DNA of 63,475 nt, filler included, from Bigelowiella natans CCMP2755 (GCA_000320545.1; 5 parts of 5 records of this genome joined end to end with filler, not necessarily neighbours in it), one strand, 5' to 3'; counted from the first letter of the whole stretch, positions 39,164-51,648 are shown. Notes: a model not told the origin generated them from the sequence alone. Program-made: numbers and translations.

Positions 39164-40130
39164 TGCGTCTCGAATCTAATAACAAAATTAGTAGCCACCC
39201 GAAGAACAGCCCCCCTTCTCTCCCCCCGCCATAGAGCTTGGCGACGTGCGTGCCGGACGTGAAATAAGCGGTCCCCCATGATGGGTTGGGCGAGGAAGAG
39301 GAGGAGGAGGAGGATGACGTGGATGCTAGAGAAACACTGCTGATCTCAGCGCTCACACTGGAGACCTGCCATCATACGAGCGACAAGAGGAGGAGGAAGA
39401 AGGAGTGAGCAAAAGCCAACATCATCGAGCACGTGGGGAGTCAGCCCGATAATAGCAGTCAAGTGGCAATCAGCGTGGTAATGAGATGAGGAGGAGGAGG
39501 AGGAGGAGGAGGAGGAGGATAAGAGGATGGAAAATCATCAGTCGGGGGTTCCAAAGGGGGTGGGGGGGGGAACAGACACCTCACCTCAGGCTTCGTCAAA
39601 AGGAAATGATACTCTCGGAAGAAGTACCTTGTAGCAACATTAGGAAGACAAATAAGTAGGACAACACAGTGAGTGATACAGGAATAGAATCCCTCTTCCT
39701 TCAGTCTCTTATCTGTCTTCAATCCCGCCCCTCCTCCCCTCGTTCCCTTCCCCTTTTCCCCCTTTTAGTTTTCTACCCTCCTGGTATTCCAAGGACGCAG
39801 GCTGCAACCACAGCTATCAGCGCGCAAAGCCATCCGCAGTATGACCTGACAACATCGGCAAAATAACGCGGGACCGATTGCGCAAAATTACTAATTTTAA
39901 TCTGTAATTTTGTTACTAGTCCGCGCTTACGCTGCGCGTGCATCTGTGCGAGTCAGCTCGTAGGAGGCGCGCCAACGCACAGGATGACGACGTAATACTA
40001 CCATGTGTCGATGTCCAGAAAGGGGTCCAGGAACGGGTTCTTGAAGTATGGGGTAGGGATCAAAGGATTCTCGTCGATCTCCCCGAAGTCTGGGCTTTGT
40101 AGACACAGAATTTGCCTGTGCAGAAACACG

Positions 40131-40167
<37 letters not shown>

Positions 40168-40962
40168 TATGATAATATATATATATATATATATATGATT
40201 GAAACTTATTCAATGTGTCCAACTCGTGCCCCCCCCCCCCCCTCAATAGCCCCTCACATGGCACCTCAAGCATAAAACTACGAAAAAAGTCGATGGGAGC
40301 GCAGTGGAACACTCACTCGCACGGTAGCACAGTCGTGTAGACGAACGCCGGAAGAGCCGCCAGGAAGATCTGATCGTTGGGAAAGAAGAGAGGGGAAATT
40401 AATCCGACTTCCTACCCTTAGATTTGAGGTTTGGGGATGCATTTTGTCATTATTCCTCACCAACAATGCCCCCATCACGCAAGCGAACTCGAAGTCGACC
40501 TGTTACGAGGGGCAAAGGCCAGCATAAATTGTGACAAAACGATGATCGAGCGAGTAAAGAAAATGAGGATCAAGGGTAGTGGGTAACGATCTTATCCACC
40601 GTGACTAAGAAGTACAGCAGTGACGTCGTCGCTATGTAAACGGCCAGCGATATCTGCGTAGAGGCGCCGTATCAAACATGAAATTCGTTGGATCAGGTAC
40701 CGAAGGCGGTTTGACTTGGCGACGTTATTATTCATTGTGGTTAATACCAGAAAAATTTTAGCTCCGCGGGACGACCTCCAAGCGCTAACACGATATTCCC
40801 TTGTCCTCTACGGAGGGGTAATGCGTCCCAAGAGAGCTGTCAGGGCTCAACATCCATTTGCAACGGTACGTGTGTGTAGATGCAAAAAGGGAGGAGGAAA
40901 ACTAATCGTGGAATCAGAACCTTGGCTTCCATATCCCGCTCCCAGATTCTCTTCGCTTCCAT
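37278..40962 (-). CDS. Uncharacterised multi-exon protein with probable C-terminal transmembrane helix
   Basis: MEAKRIWERDMEAK | LSWDALPLRRGQGNIVLALGG... many short GT-AG exons; penultimate exon ALICLAASAAIFLLGTGVAVGLTY; TAG at 37278. No family recognised. Confidence 0.5.
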
Positions 40963-41341
40963 GATGAATTCAAGATCTGCCACGTGAGACCCTGTGCTCG
41001 GCTCCACAGTGCCGCACGCCCATCGGCGAACGTGGGGGGGATTCAAGTTTCAAAAAATTCGAAAATTTTATATCAAAGTCGGTTTGAAGGAAAAAATCCT
41101 CCAAAGAGCCGATGATTTCTAGTATGCGACAACGTTTATCTCGACAAAATGGGTCAACGTTTAAAATGGAATGCTTTTATAGGGTGCGACATCATATGGA
41201 AAGCGCGCCGAGAAAGAATTCCACTAAGCACACACATGGAGGGAAGGCGTTTCGGGTTCCATCGGATTGAGCAGGGGGAGGAATAGTAGCTGTTAGTCCG
41301 AACCTGTGCGCGCAAGGCGGACAGTCACTCAGCAGTCCACC

Positions 41342-42096
41342 ATGCCAAAGAAGAAGGTAAATAGGACACTGACGATGTGGCAAAAGAAAAGTTTGAGCAA
41401 CCTCCCTCCTCCTTTCCCTACCTCTTGACGAGCAGATGTGCTTTTTCGTTAGGGGGACAAAAAGGAAAAAGGAGATAAGAAGAAGAAGAAGAAAGAGAAG
41501 GGGGCTGACAAAGAGAAGAAAAGTAAAAAAGGGAAGAAAGAGGCAGAAGTACCAAGCAATCCTCCGCCAGCGGAATCGAAAGCTCCCGAGCCTCCGAAGA
41601 AGCCAGAGGGGGGAGGAGGAGATGCTCCGCCACAACTTTCTGCAGAGTATTGGTTGTTCTCGCACCTAATCTCACTTTGTTTTTGTCACTGAAAACATAT
41701 CTGAATACCGTAACAATCAAGCTTCATTTCCTTGATATCCAGGACGAAGGTCGCCATGCTCCAACGGACATACGATTCTCAGATAGTGGTAATTTAGAGG
41801 TTTTTTGGGGGAGGCAGACAAAAGGAGGCAGCAGCCTGAATAATTTCTATTAGCAATGAGCTGTAGGAGGCAATCAATTTCATCAATAGCATCGAGCTGC
41901 TGTGATGTATTCCCTCGACTTGCGGTGTCGGGAGAGAGGATTTTCTTGTTTTAGTTGCATTTTGCTGATGTCGTCTGTTTCCCTACCTCTCAGCCGAAGC
42001 GATCGCACCTTCTCAACGAGTTACAGAGGTGATTCCTGACACATCATTAAGACCAACTGGTTCAACCCTCTATTGTTGGAGACGGGATGCCATATT

Positions 42097-42162
<66 letters not shown>

Positions 42163-42474
42163 CTTGTTCTTGTTTTCCTCGTCGCTCTTAGGTTAGAGGC
42201 TGCACGTAACCTCATCGAGGCACAGGCGTCGGAAATCGAAGCCACAGCACGAAGAGAGTTCGAGGCCTCCCTCTCTCGCCTTCACGATGCAAAAGCGGAG
42301 AAACTAAACAACCTGGAGGTATTCCAGAATAACTGCAGAAAAGACGCGATTCAACAAAATTGGGCCTAACTAACATTGTATAAATATGATATAAATTGTA
42401 AATTGTATAGCTAATATGTATGTAAATTACATAAATGCATATAAATAAATAATATAAATAAATATATATTATAT

Positions 42475-42521
<47 letters not shown>

Positions 42522-43753
42522 ATGTGTGCGTAACCCTTCTCTAAGGGGGAGACGAATCAAATCCGGGTCGAAGTGGCGGAGATGGAGCGCCTGGTGGCGG
42601 ATCTTGCGGACTTCAAGGTGCGCCTTGTTTGCCCTGCTGGTCGCCCGACCCGAGAAGAGAAGAACGCATGATGAAAGCACCACGTAGCTAGTGCTGTCCT
42701 ACTACTACTACTACTACTACTACTTCTTCTTCTTCTTTCAAGTCCGTCGTATCAGCAGAAGAGAGAGACGCAGAAACTTTGATGCAAACGTGTAATTTTG
42801 CATGAGCTTGCATGTGTATTGAGCGACTCAACCACCAATGATAGACGACGGCGCCGCAACCACCCCTCCCCCTCCCTCTCCCTCGCCTTTCTCTCTTTCT
42901 TGTGTGTGCTCTTCTCGTCCTTAGAAGGCGAAAAGCGCAGAAGAAATGACGAAATTCCTAAGCGTCGACAGAGAGCTTCACCACCGGATGTACAGGGTAC
43001 TAGTAAAGAAACAGGGATAGTAGGAAAAATACTATGGCGATCTTGGGCCGGAGGGAGGGGGGGGAGGCGAGTTGGAGTATTCGAAAAATATTCGTTTTGT
43101 TCAGAGTAGCTTCGTGTGCATAATATTTGCTTTTGATGATGATTAGCTCGCCGGCGCACCTTCCAGAGTGGGCCTGGAAATCAACCCGTACGACCTGCCT
43201 CGAGATCATGACGAGTCGCACAAACTCCGCCGCGAATACGCCGGGGCCCGCAAGATCATTCAGGTGCGCGGCGGGTTCAAGGAAAAAGGGGGGGGGGGCG
43301 GATGGGGGATGTCATATAGCTGCAGCCGACAAATGTGCGGAGCAGTTTTACCAATGAGACCTTGCGCAACTAATTTAGTCGGAAGGGCTGATGATGAAGA
43401 ATCAATCGTGTGTTTTGATTTGCTGCCTTGTGGTCGCGGGATGACAGCAGCCATCGATGCTTTAAACTCCGTTGTTACGAACGCCCTGTTCCGAAAGATA
43501 CTCGGCATTGATCTGCGATGTGCTGAAGTTTGGTCCTCATGCTTAGTCCCCCCCCCTCCTACTGCCCCTCTATATATTTCCTCCTCTCCCCGCAGGTAAA
43601 GGACGAGATGATCGAATACCTCCTCCAAGAGAGGGAGGGACTGTTAAAAGCGCATGCTAATGCTTCACACCAGGTGACGAATCGTTCTTAGCCTATATTG
43701 CATTGCGATCGATAATCTCCCCACCAAGAAAATGAATCACCATACTACTCTCC

Positions 43754-43788
<35 letters not shown>

Positions 43789-43895
43789 AGGCAGCAAATC
43801 TGAACAACGCCGCTCAGCACGAGATGAAGCAATGGGTGCGGCTGACGGACAAATTCGCCCAGGTTTGGTCATCGCCCTTGTCCTCGCTCTGTAAC

Positions 43896-43936
<41 letters not shown>

Positions 43937-43983
43937 CTCTTCCCCCCGCGTTTTCGAAACTTCGATTCCCAACATACGTTGCA

Positions 43984-44035
<52 letters not shown>

Positions 44036-44066
44036 CGACACATCTCACTCCCGTTTTTGCTACTTG

Positions 44067-44103
<37 letters not shown>

Positions 44104-44121
44104 GATACTACTACTAACACG

Positions 44122-44152
<31 letters not shown>

Positions 44153-44306
44153 TGAAATGCCGCAGGAGCTCGACCAGTTCCAGCTAGCGTGTCGGTACTG
44201 CAAAGCCCCTTTATCCCGATTATCAGTAAACACGTATTGCCCGTACAACAGAAAGATCCGTCAGAATCAGCCGGGAGGAGGTTAGTCTGTTGTCCCTAAT
44301 ATCACC

Positions 44307-44340
<34 letters not shown>

Positions 44341-44612
44341 TCATCATTATGCATACGCTCTTTCTGGTGGCATCAAGTGAACATGGGGTTAATTTCTCTT
44401 TTTCTGATTTTTTTTTTGTAACACACTTTGTAACACGTGAGAAGGCGCTCTCCGAGATGTGAATCATCGTCGTCAGAATGCTGTTCTGATGCTTGCACAT
44501 ATGCCAATCGTATCGCACGAAACACACAGGAGCCAACGAATTCCGCCAACACGGCGACGAGGGCTCCGGCCTGCATCGCTTCGAGCCGACGCATAGACGT
44601 GCGTCGCCGTAA
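41342..44612 (+). CDS. Uncharacterised coiled-coil protein with Lys-rich N-terminus and C-terminal CxxC..C..H cluster
   Basis: MPKKK|GDKKEKGDKKKKKKEK...; exons giving VKDEMIEYLLQE, EMKQWVRLTDKFAQ-ELDQFQLACRYCKAPLSRLSVNTYCPYN, GSGLHRF; TAA at 44610-44612. Confidence 0.6.
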
Positions 44613-44619
44613 TCGAAGG

Positions 44620-45010
44620 ACAGCATCTCAGTGCAAGCTTTGCATGCCTCCGTTATTACAGCAAAACTGGAACAACACAACTGCCAGACGGCACCGGGCA
44701 GGCGTTTCATGTCATGCATGCCGACGTACATACAGTGCGACATTTTGCCGCCCAACACCATTACTGTATGAATAGTACACAAATCACACACATGTACATC
44801 AGTCACGCTATTCATTTCGATGTAGCATTTGCTGCGTTCATCACGCTTCAAAGGTTGCTACATTGCGGCTGTAGATCACGCGACAGAGTAAACCATGATG
44901 AAGATTATTTGAATCCTCGAGCGCCAACCTATAAATGTTCAGCTATATATAAAGATAATATTGACACGCGCCACGCATACGACACATGTAAACAATCGTA
45001 TTACATCTAG
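44620..45010. other. CATG/TGCA-rich intergenic island 6 (convergent 3' ends)
   Basis: tgcatgc, catgcatg and acatgta words between the + gene stop 44612 and the NAPRT stop 45198. Confidence 0.5.
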
Positions 45011-45197
45011 CGATATACTTGAAATAGATCAAAGAAGGATTTAGGGGTTATTGGAAGTGCTTTATTATTGTATTGTAACTGTTTTGTTTGCGATGCTATA
45101 TCTGATGCGGGATGTGGCGTACAACAGCAGAAAATGCGCACACAACACATCGTCCTCCTCCTTCGCATGGAGCTTCTCCTCCCGTGTTATTTACGCT

Positions 45198-45781
45198 TCA
45201 AAGCTTTTGCATCTTCCGCTTTTCCCTAGCTAGCATATTTCGCGTATAGGGACGCCGTCTTGCCATAACTTGTGCATGAACGTATACATCTTTGAGCTCA
45301 ACGATACCTTATAAGGCCTGAAAGAAAGATAGCCGCAATACTCTCAGAACCAACGACCAGCACCCCCACTCCCCCCCCTTTCCTCGCCTGCACGCGCTCA
45401 GGCAAATAGAGAGCGCAAAAAAAAAGTGCTGTCGCGTTATCTTTCTCTCCCATACAATCCATCAGAGAAAGAAAGACTGAAGGGCGTATCGTTGAAAAGA
45501 TGCAGCTTGATGCTGCTTGTGATGAACGTGTGGTTACGTTGGATTGATTTGGCGAAGATGGTCGCTCCTCATACTGGAGAGCTGGAGCGCTACTCGTTCC
45601 CTTACCTTTGAGAGATAAGGAGCAAAAAAAGGAGGAGGAGGAGGCGAGGAGAAGGGGGGAAGGCACCGCAAACAAGTCAATTTCGATACGTGGCGATTGT
45701 GCGACAATTGTGTGCATTTGAACATGAAAGAGCCAATCATTGTGGCATCACGGCATGGACAGGAAGAGAGAAAGAGAAAGA

Positions 45782-45827
<46 letters not shown>

Positions 45828-46273
45828 CAAGCCTCTCACTTCCCCTGAATTCGGGTATCAGCATTGTTCAATGAATTATGACGATGATGATGATGATGAT
45901 GATCGTTGGAGACCGAGGTCTGCCGTTTCGAGGGAAGCAAAAGAAGTGAACAAGCACCAACCAACCAACCTCTTGGACGCTTTTGAAGCTTATCTTGATG
46001 TCCCCGCCATCAAATACGCACTTCAGCAGCGGCTCCACCTGATTTGGATTTAAATGATAAAGAGCGTGTGTTCGTGCGTTTGTGCGTCGACTGTATGCAT
46101 GTATGCAAGTGCAATGCAAACGTGTGTCCCCCCCCCCCATTCTCCCACACCTTCTTTGGGACGCAGTAGACGCGTTTCTGTGCGTTGTATGGATGGCGAC
46201 ACAGGATTCTTTCACCCACCTCAGGTACCTTCTCGTCAGTACCTGCGTTGTTCATTCAGTGAGGGGTGGGGTG
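45198..46273 (-). CDS. NAPRT: Nicotinate phosphoribosyltransferase, C-terminal exons (5'-partial at contig end)
   Basis: VEPLLKCVFDGG...SVQE | VRERVALQLSSMRSDHLRQINPT | PYKVSLSSKMYTFMHKLW matches the eukaryotic NAPRT C-terminal motif (R.DH.R.lNPTPYKVS.S..LY...H.LW). Confidence 0.85.
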
Positions 46274-46373
46274 NNNNNNNNNNNNNNNNNNNNNNNNNNN
46301 NNNNNNNNNNNNNNNNNTTAATTAATTAANNNNNNNNNNNNNNNNNNNNNNNNNNNNNNNNNNNNNNNNNNNN
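46274..46373. other. Artificial contig spacer
   Basis: N44-TTAATTAATTAA-N44. Confidence 0.98.
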
Positions 46374-46447
46374 TTATTTTTGTCCCCCCCCCCTTTCCTC
46401 CTCCGCCCTCCCCCCCCCCCATCTCTTTCTCTCTCCCTTTCTCCTAC

Positions 46448-47911
46448 CTCCTGCAAGCAAATGACAGAGCGCTTCGCCGTCTCTGTGCTGAGTTTCCTAA
46501 GTATGCGCTCCAGCCGTCTTCGGGGGTTCAGACTCTCCTTGCCTGATGATGATGCGGATGGTCACTTCTGCTTGTACTTTGAAATGGCACTTTAGATAAC
46601 TCTGCAATTTCGAGCATGTTTACATCTGCTCCCTTCTCTCCTCTGGTCCTCCCCTTTCAATCCCTTACAACCCCTTTTGCTATACCTGAAATTTCTACAA
46701 TGACTGCTACCACTACCACTACTGCTACTTCTATTGCTACTATTGCAATTGATCGTCGCCGTAAGTAGTACCGCATTCTGGCATCGCACTCTCAGTTGCA
46801 AGCATCGGATTGAGAAGGTTATATGTCGCGACGCGAACGCGTAGTTGTAGCTCTTCCGAGCTTTTCCCACCCCCAGTTGAGGCAGTCTTTGCGACAGCAG
46901 CAGGAGCAGGAGGAGGAGGAATAGTAGTAGAAAGGGAAGGGGCAAGAGCAGCAGCAGTCGTTCTCCCAGCGGGTTGATCTGCTGCTGTTCTGTGTAGTAA
47001 GAGGTCGGCAGCATCAACAATCCCGTCAACGCGGCCGTGACCATCGTCCTCTACAGCTCCTTTCATTGCTCCCGTCTCTTCCAGATCGCTGCCAAGAACA
47101 CTACGGTTAGAATGAATATCACTGCTGTTTCCATCTATTGACAGAGCTCCCGACGACGACGACGACGACGACTTTGCGGCAGGCCATGGAGTCGTTTGAA
47201 TCGCTTTCACCGTCATCGTCGCCTTCTCTCTCTCGTCCTCCTTCTTTTTGCTAGCATCATCGTCAACCTCGGCTCGTTGCCTTTGCTTCTTCCACGTGAG
47301 CGAGCCCCCTTGGTGGGCTCGAGTGGCAGCAGAGGGCGAATCAAGATCTTGAGACGTGACGACAGCAGCTGTGCGCTTCTTTGAGGAATCAGATGTTGAC
47401 GTTGCAGAAACGCTTGAAGTCGGACGGGTTTTGGCAAACCCACCAGCAGCCGCACTTACGTTGGTGATTCGCTGGCTGTCGCTACTGCTTCGAAGTCTCA
47501 GGCGTCCCCCTTCCCCATCCTCGGAAGAGGAAAACGGCGTCGCTCTGGCGTTTTCGCTATTGCTGTACCTGCTATTGCTGTATCTGCCATTGCTGTTGCT
47601 GCTGATTCGTACCCGCCGAAGAAGATGCGAACCACGACGGTGATGGCTTGAGATCCCCCTGATGAATACAACGCACGTGCGTTCAGGGCACATTTTTCAC
47701 AGCAACGCAGCAACGGTCGGCTTACCATCCAAGCCATCCGATAAGCAAGTGAACGGCACATACAATCGCTGGAAAAACACAGAGGGGCGTGAGGGAAGGC
47801 GGGCGGGGGGGCGAGATGAAAAGGGAGGAGAGCGAGGGAGGAGGGAGTCAAGGAACGACAGGGGAAAGGGAGGAGCCTGCAAACTGCTGCCGATGACGAC
47901 GACACGGGCAT
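46448..47911 (-). CDS. Exonuclease-endonuclease-phosphatase (CCR4/nocturnin/PDE12/Angel-like) family protein, 3'-partial
   Basis: RVRVATYNLLNPMLA followed after an intron by R...ILRKL..SVICLQE, the N-terminal EEP motifs. Long Ser-rich leader; start codon uncertain. Confidence 0.75.
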
Positions 47912-48499
47912 GATGTTAAGAAGTAATGGATTGATCGTTCGGAGCGATGACCGATGACGTAAAGACGAGATGCAGGCCGTGTGCCTAGCCTCCTCGTGCA
48001 GTTCATCGTCGTGACCTACGGCTACTGTTCGGCTCCAGGCGGGTCGGATACTCCAGAAATTATGCACGCGAATATCAATCGGCTGCCATGATTTTGAAGG
48101 ATATCATCTTCCGCATCATTATCACAGGGTATTTCTGTCCTGCGACATGGCTGTATTTGTTTGAAACTAAGAAATGCGCAAAGGGTTTCTTCGGGAGAAA
48201 CATCGGTTTTCGATCGGGGGAACATCTGAGAGGAACAGCGTGGCCTTGACAGCTGGAACTTGTGGAATGGAATGTCGTTTTTTGTTCGACGAGTTATTAT
48301 TTTTATCCCAGAGGTTTTCGGCTGGAAAAATGGTTTTGCATGGCAAATTAACAGGTGCGACACTTGAGTTAAAAACCCACGCATTCCCGCCTTCTCGCCC
48401 TTCCCGCCCCTTGCTCAAGAAGCTGCCCACACCGACCTGCTTCTTGTCCTCATCCGCTCCTCAGCGTGATCATAGGCTGGTGAATTGGAGGGTGGTCTC

Positions 48500-50680
48500 A
48501 TGAGCAACAATAAAAGGGCATTGGATGCCCCGCCCACCTTCCAAGCCGCTCCTCAAGCAAAGCGACGCAGGCGGCCGCTACAAGCTCTCCCAATCGTTCC
48601 CTCCACCGCCGCCACCTCCGTCGAGGATCAGAGACGAAGTGGAAGAGGGTTAGAATCAATGGGCAGCAATCATGATGTAAAACTTCTGCAGCAGCAGCAT
48701 CAGAAGGCGATGTCTATAATGCAGTCACGGGTGGCCGCCCTGACCACCCGGCACCGGGCCGAGATCGAGGCGCTGGTGAAGAAAATAAAAAAACAGGAGC
48801 TTGAGATTCAAACGGAAAAGGGGAAGATCTTGCAGAATTCAGGCCGTATACACGAACTAGTGGCAGAAAATGAAGCCCTGAGGAGTGAGCAGAGGGTATC
48901 GATGTCGACCTCAGGGATGGGCCATGATAGCAATGACAAATCTCGGGTAGGTGCGAGTGATTTGGAAAGCAAAGTTGAGCAGCTTCAGTACCAACTGCAT
49001 AAATCTGTGGGAGAACTCAAAATGGCGCGCCAGGATGCACAGCTGCTCAGGGGGCAGGTCGATCATGCCCAGCGGCGACTCAGCGAGCAAGGTGACGCCC
49101 GGAAGCTCTATGAAGACACAGCAGCCAAGCTGGCTCGGGCTGAGTTTGAAGGGAAGCAGATTCAATCGCGTCTGGCAAAATCCGATGAAAACGAGAAGCT
49201 GCTCCGACAATACCGCGGAGAGGTTGCGAAGATGGATGAGCTCAAGAGGGCGAACCTGGTCATGCGCCAGGAGATCCGAAACCTGAGAGCGGAGAGGGAC
49301 AATGTTGCAAAGTTGGAGCAGCAGGTCTCCGACTACAAGTCCAAGGAGTACGAATATGAGGAGGCCATCCGCGACAAGGAGCGAGCCAAGCAGGACGCGA
49401 TCTACCTTAGGCAGCAAACCACCGAGTGGCAATCTGCAGTGAAGCGCTTCTTTCCCAACGTCCGGAGCCCCCATGAAGCTGCTGAGGCCATTGGCACGCT
49501 GAACAAGAAGCATCTGGCGACCCTGCAAGAGCAAACTGACAGTCAACTCAAGGAGAAGGCGGCATCGTCCGCATTGTTGGAGGCCAACGCGGAGCTCTCC
49601 ACCCTAAAGGACAAGGCGCGAGGTGCGAAGGAACGATGCGAGTTGTTGGAGAAACGCCTTCGCGAACACTCGTTAGTCGAGGGGGAACTTCGGCGCGAGC
49701 GGGACAGCCTTAAGGAAATGCTGAACCACTATGATCTGGAAGATGCTACGAACGGTAATATCGGAGGGGGGGGGGGGGGCAGTCACGACAAGCAACGAGC
49801 AAAGCGAATCGCCTCTCTCGAAAAGAAGTTGAAGGCGCTCGATTCGAAGAACCGTAGCCTTGAGCAACAGCGAAGAAGATACGAGGAGCGTGAGATTGAG
49901 CACCGGAATCTGCAGTCGCAGCTTAAGAATCTAAGAAATCTCCTCCAGAAGACCGAGCGCGAGAACAACGTTCTTCACTCCAAGCTGGGGCGTGGTGACT
50001 ACGACAAATCTACAACGAAGGTGCTGCACATGCGGTTCAATCCTCAGAGGAAGGCAATGATGCAGAAGGAGCAAAAACAGTCGCAGGTTCTATTGGAAAA
50101 GATTAAGGAGCTCGAGCTCAAGATTTCCTCTTACGAACAGGCTATGGTACTCGCCTCCTCCTCCTCCCCCTCCTCCTCGTCCTCATCAATTGCTGACAAC
50201 ATAATCGGGGGCCACAGTGTCGCGGAGGTTAGGCAGAAAGCCGCCAACTTTGAGCGTGAGCACAGGGAAACTATCAGGCGTGAGCGCGAGGCTGTCGCCA
50301 GCGCGCAGAGATGGAAAGAACTTGCAGAGAAGCAGAAGAGCAAGGCAGAAGAAGGTTCTAAGAGACTGTCGCGATTGAAGGAAGTATTCCGTAGCAAGGT
50401 CTCTGAATTCAGAGAAGCTTGCTACCGCATGACCGGCTACAAGATCGAGCTCATCGACGGCGACAAGTACCGCCTCCGCCCCATGTACGCGGGGTCCGAT
50501 AGGGACTTCGTGCTGATTCACTTTCACCATGGCCAGCTTTCTGTTCTCGAGACGGATTTTGTTCGGGAGCTGGATAAGAAAGTATCAGCGTTTCTCACGC
50601 GTTTCCACTCGGTGCCAGCGTTCCTAAGCCAAATCACCCTGGATTTGTTCTCCCAGACAACGCTAGCGCCTGTTTCCTGA
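48500..50680 (+). CDS. MAD1: Mitotic spindle assembly checkpoint protein MAD1 (single exon)
   Basis: Long coiled coil; Mad2-interaction motif KVLHMRFNP; RLK motif RLKEVF..K..EFREACY..TGYKI; C-terminal VPAFLSQITLDLF. Confidence 0.93.
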   Translation: MSNNKRALDAPPTFQAAPQAKRRRRPLQALPIVPSTAATSVEDQRRSGRGLESMGSNHDVKLLQQQHQKAMSIMQSRVAALTTRHRAEIEALVKKIKKQELEIQTEKGKILQNSGRIHELVAENEALRSEQRVSMSTSGMGHDSNDKSRVGASDLESKVEQLQYQLHKSVGELKMARQDAQLLRGQVDHAQRRLSEQGDARKLYEDTAAKLARAEFEGKQIQSRLAKSDENEKLLRQYRGEVAKMDELKRANLVMRQEIRNLRAERDNVAKLEQQVSDYKSKEYEYEEAIRDKERAKQDAIYLRQQTTEWQSAVKRFFPNVRSPHEAAEAIGTLNKKHLATLQEQTDSQLKEKAASSALLEANAELSTLKDKARGAKERCELLEKRLREHSLVEGELRRERDSLKEMLNHYDLEDATNGNIGGGGGGSHDKQRAKRIASLEKKLKALDSKNRSLEQQRRRYEEREIEHRNLQSQLKNLRNLLQKTERENNVLHSKLGRGDYDKSTTKVLHMRFNPQRKAMMQKEQKQSQVLLEKIKELELKISSYEQAMVLASSSSPSSSSSSIADNIIGGHSVAEVRQKAANFEREHRETIRREREAVASAQRWKELAEKQKSKAEEGSKRLSRLKEVFRSKVSEFREACYRMTGYKIELIDGDKYRLRPMYAGSDRDFVLIHFHHGQLSVLETDFVRELDKKVSAFLTRFHSVPAFLSQITLDLFSQTTLAPVS

Positions 50681-50889
50681 TGAAGAAGAAAACGGTTATG
50701 ATGACAACGATGAGCTCCCGCACTTGTATACACAACCTTGAGGGATTCTTTTAAACTCATGGACGTAGTACTGATGGTGTTGTGTGCATTGTTTTGCATG
50801 GATACGACTACTGGTTCGCTCACGCATTAAGAGTATTTATTTGTCCCTTTACCTGCGGTGCTCGTTTACAGTGTTTAATTATAAATAAG

Positions 50890-51500
50890 ACTTGAGTGAC
50901 ATGCTGAGAATATGTTTCATGCAAAGAGGTTATCATTTGTGCCAAGCTTGTAGTCTTGCTTTTTTTCTTTGTGCTACATCACACTCATCGCAATACAACG
51001 AACAGCGCCACGTATGCGCTGACATGAATGTGCACATATTAGCCCAGTGCGGACACGTGATGACGCAATCTAGCAAGAATGTGCAGGCTACACAGCATGA
51101 TGGTTGGGTTCATGTTCTCATGGGACAATGGACATGGTGATTTATGATGGACATAGCACACATTACAATGATAGACATGCAATACACTATATATATAATA
51201 TTTATAATATACATTGTGTATTGCTGTGTCTATTATTACATGTGCATTACTGTCCATGCATGGTGCGGCGTAATTGTGCAATTGTGCATCATCATCATTG
51301 CATGACCTGTGGCCATTGCAACAGTGCACAGCTAGACAGGCAACGCAGTGACACATCACACATACATTATAATTATAGCCAAGTACTGCACTGCAGCTTT
51401 TAGCTAGCCACATGTACAACGCGCATGCTGCTGTACGATGCCGTATGCATGCAGACTCACATGCATGCATGATCGCATCGAGCCGCTGCATTGCACAGTT
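50890..51500. other. CATG/TGCA/CTAG-rich intergenic island 7 (convergent 3' ends)
   Basis: catgcatgcatg, tgca and agctag words between the MAD1 stop (+) and the EF-hand gene stop (-). Confidence 0.65.
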
Positions 51501-51514
51501 ACATCAGAATAAGA

Positions 51515-51648
51515 ATGACTATTGAAAAGATTTAATCACTTTATTACATCCGTCTCATAAATGTGTAAGAGACAGCACTGCACAGGCGCGAATATGAGAC
51601 GGATAGACGGATGTAATGAATGAATCATTGCATTCTGTCAATAGTCAT
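51515..51648. repeat. Imperfect 134-bp inverted repeat / hairpin (MITE-like)
   Basis: ATGACTATTGA (51515) pairs with TCAATAGTCAT (51638-51648); ATTACATCCGTCTCATA (51543-51559) pairs with TATGAGACGGAT[AGACGGAT]GTAAT (51593-51617). Confidence 0.7.

Noticed and set aside
9320-48350. AAAATT/AATTTT words in divergent gaps as a shared promoter motif
   Set aside because: Cannot be distinguished by eye from general A/T richness; needs motif-enrichment statistics.
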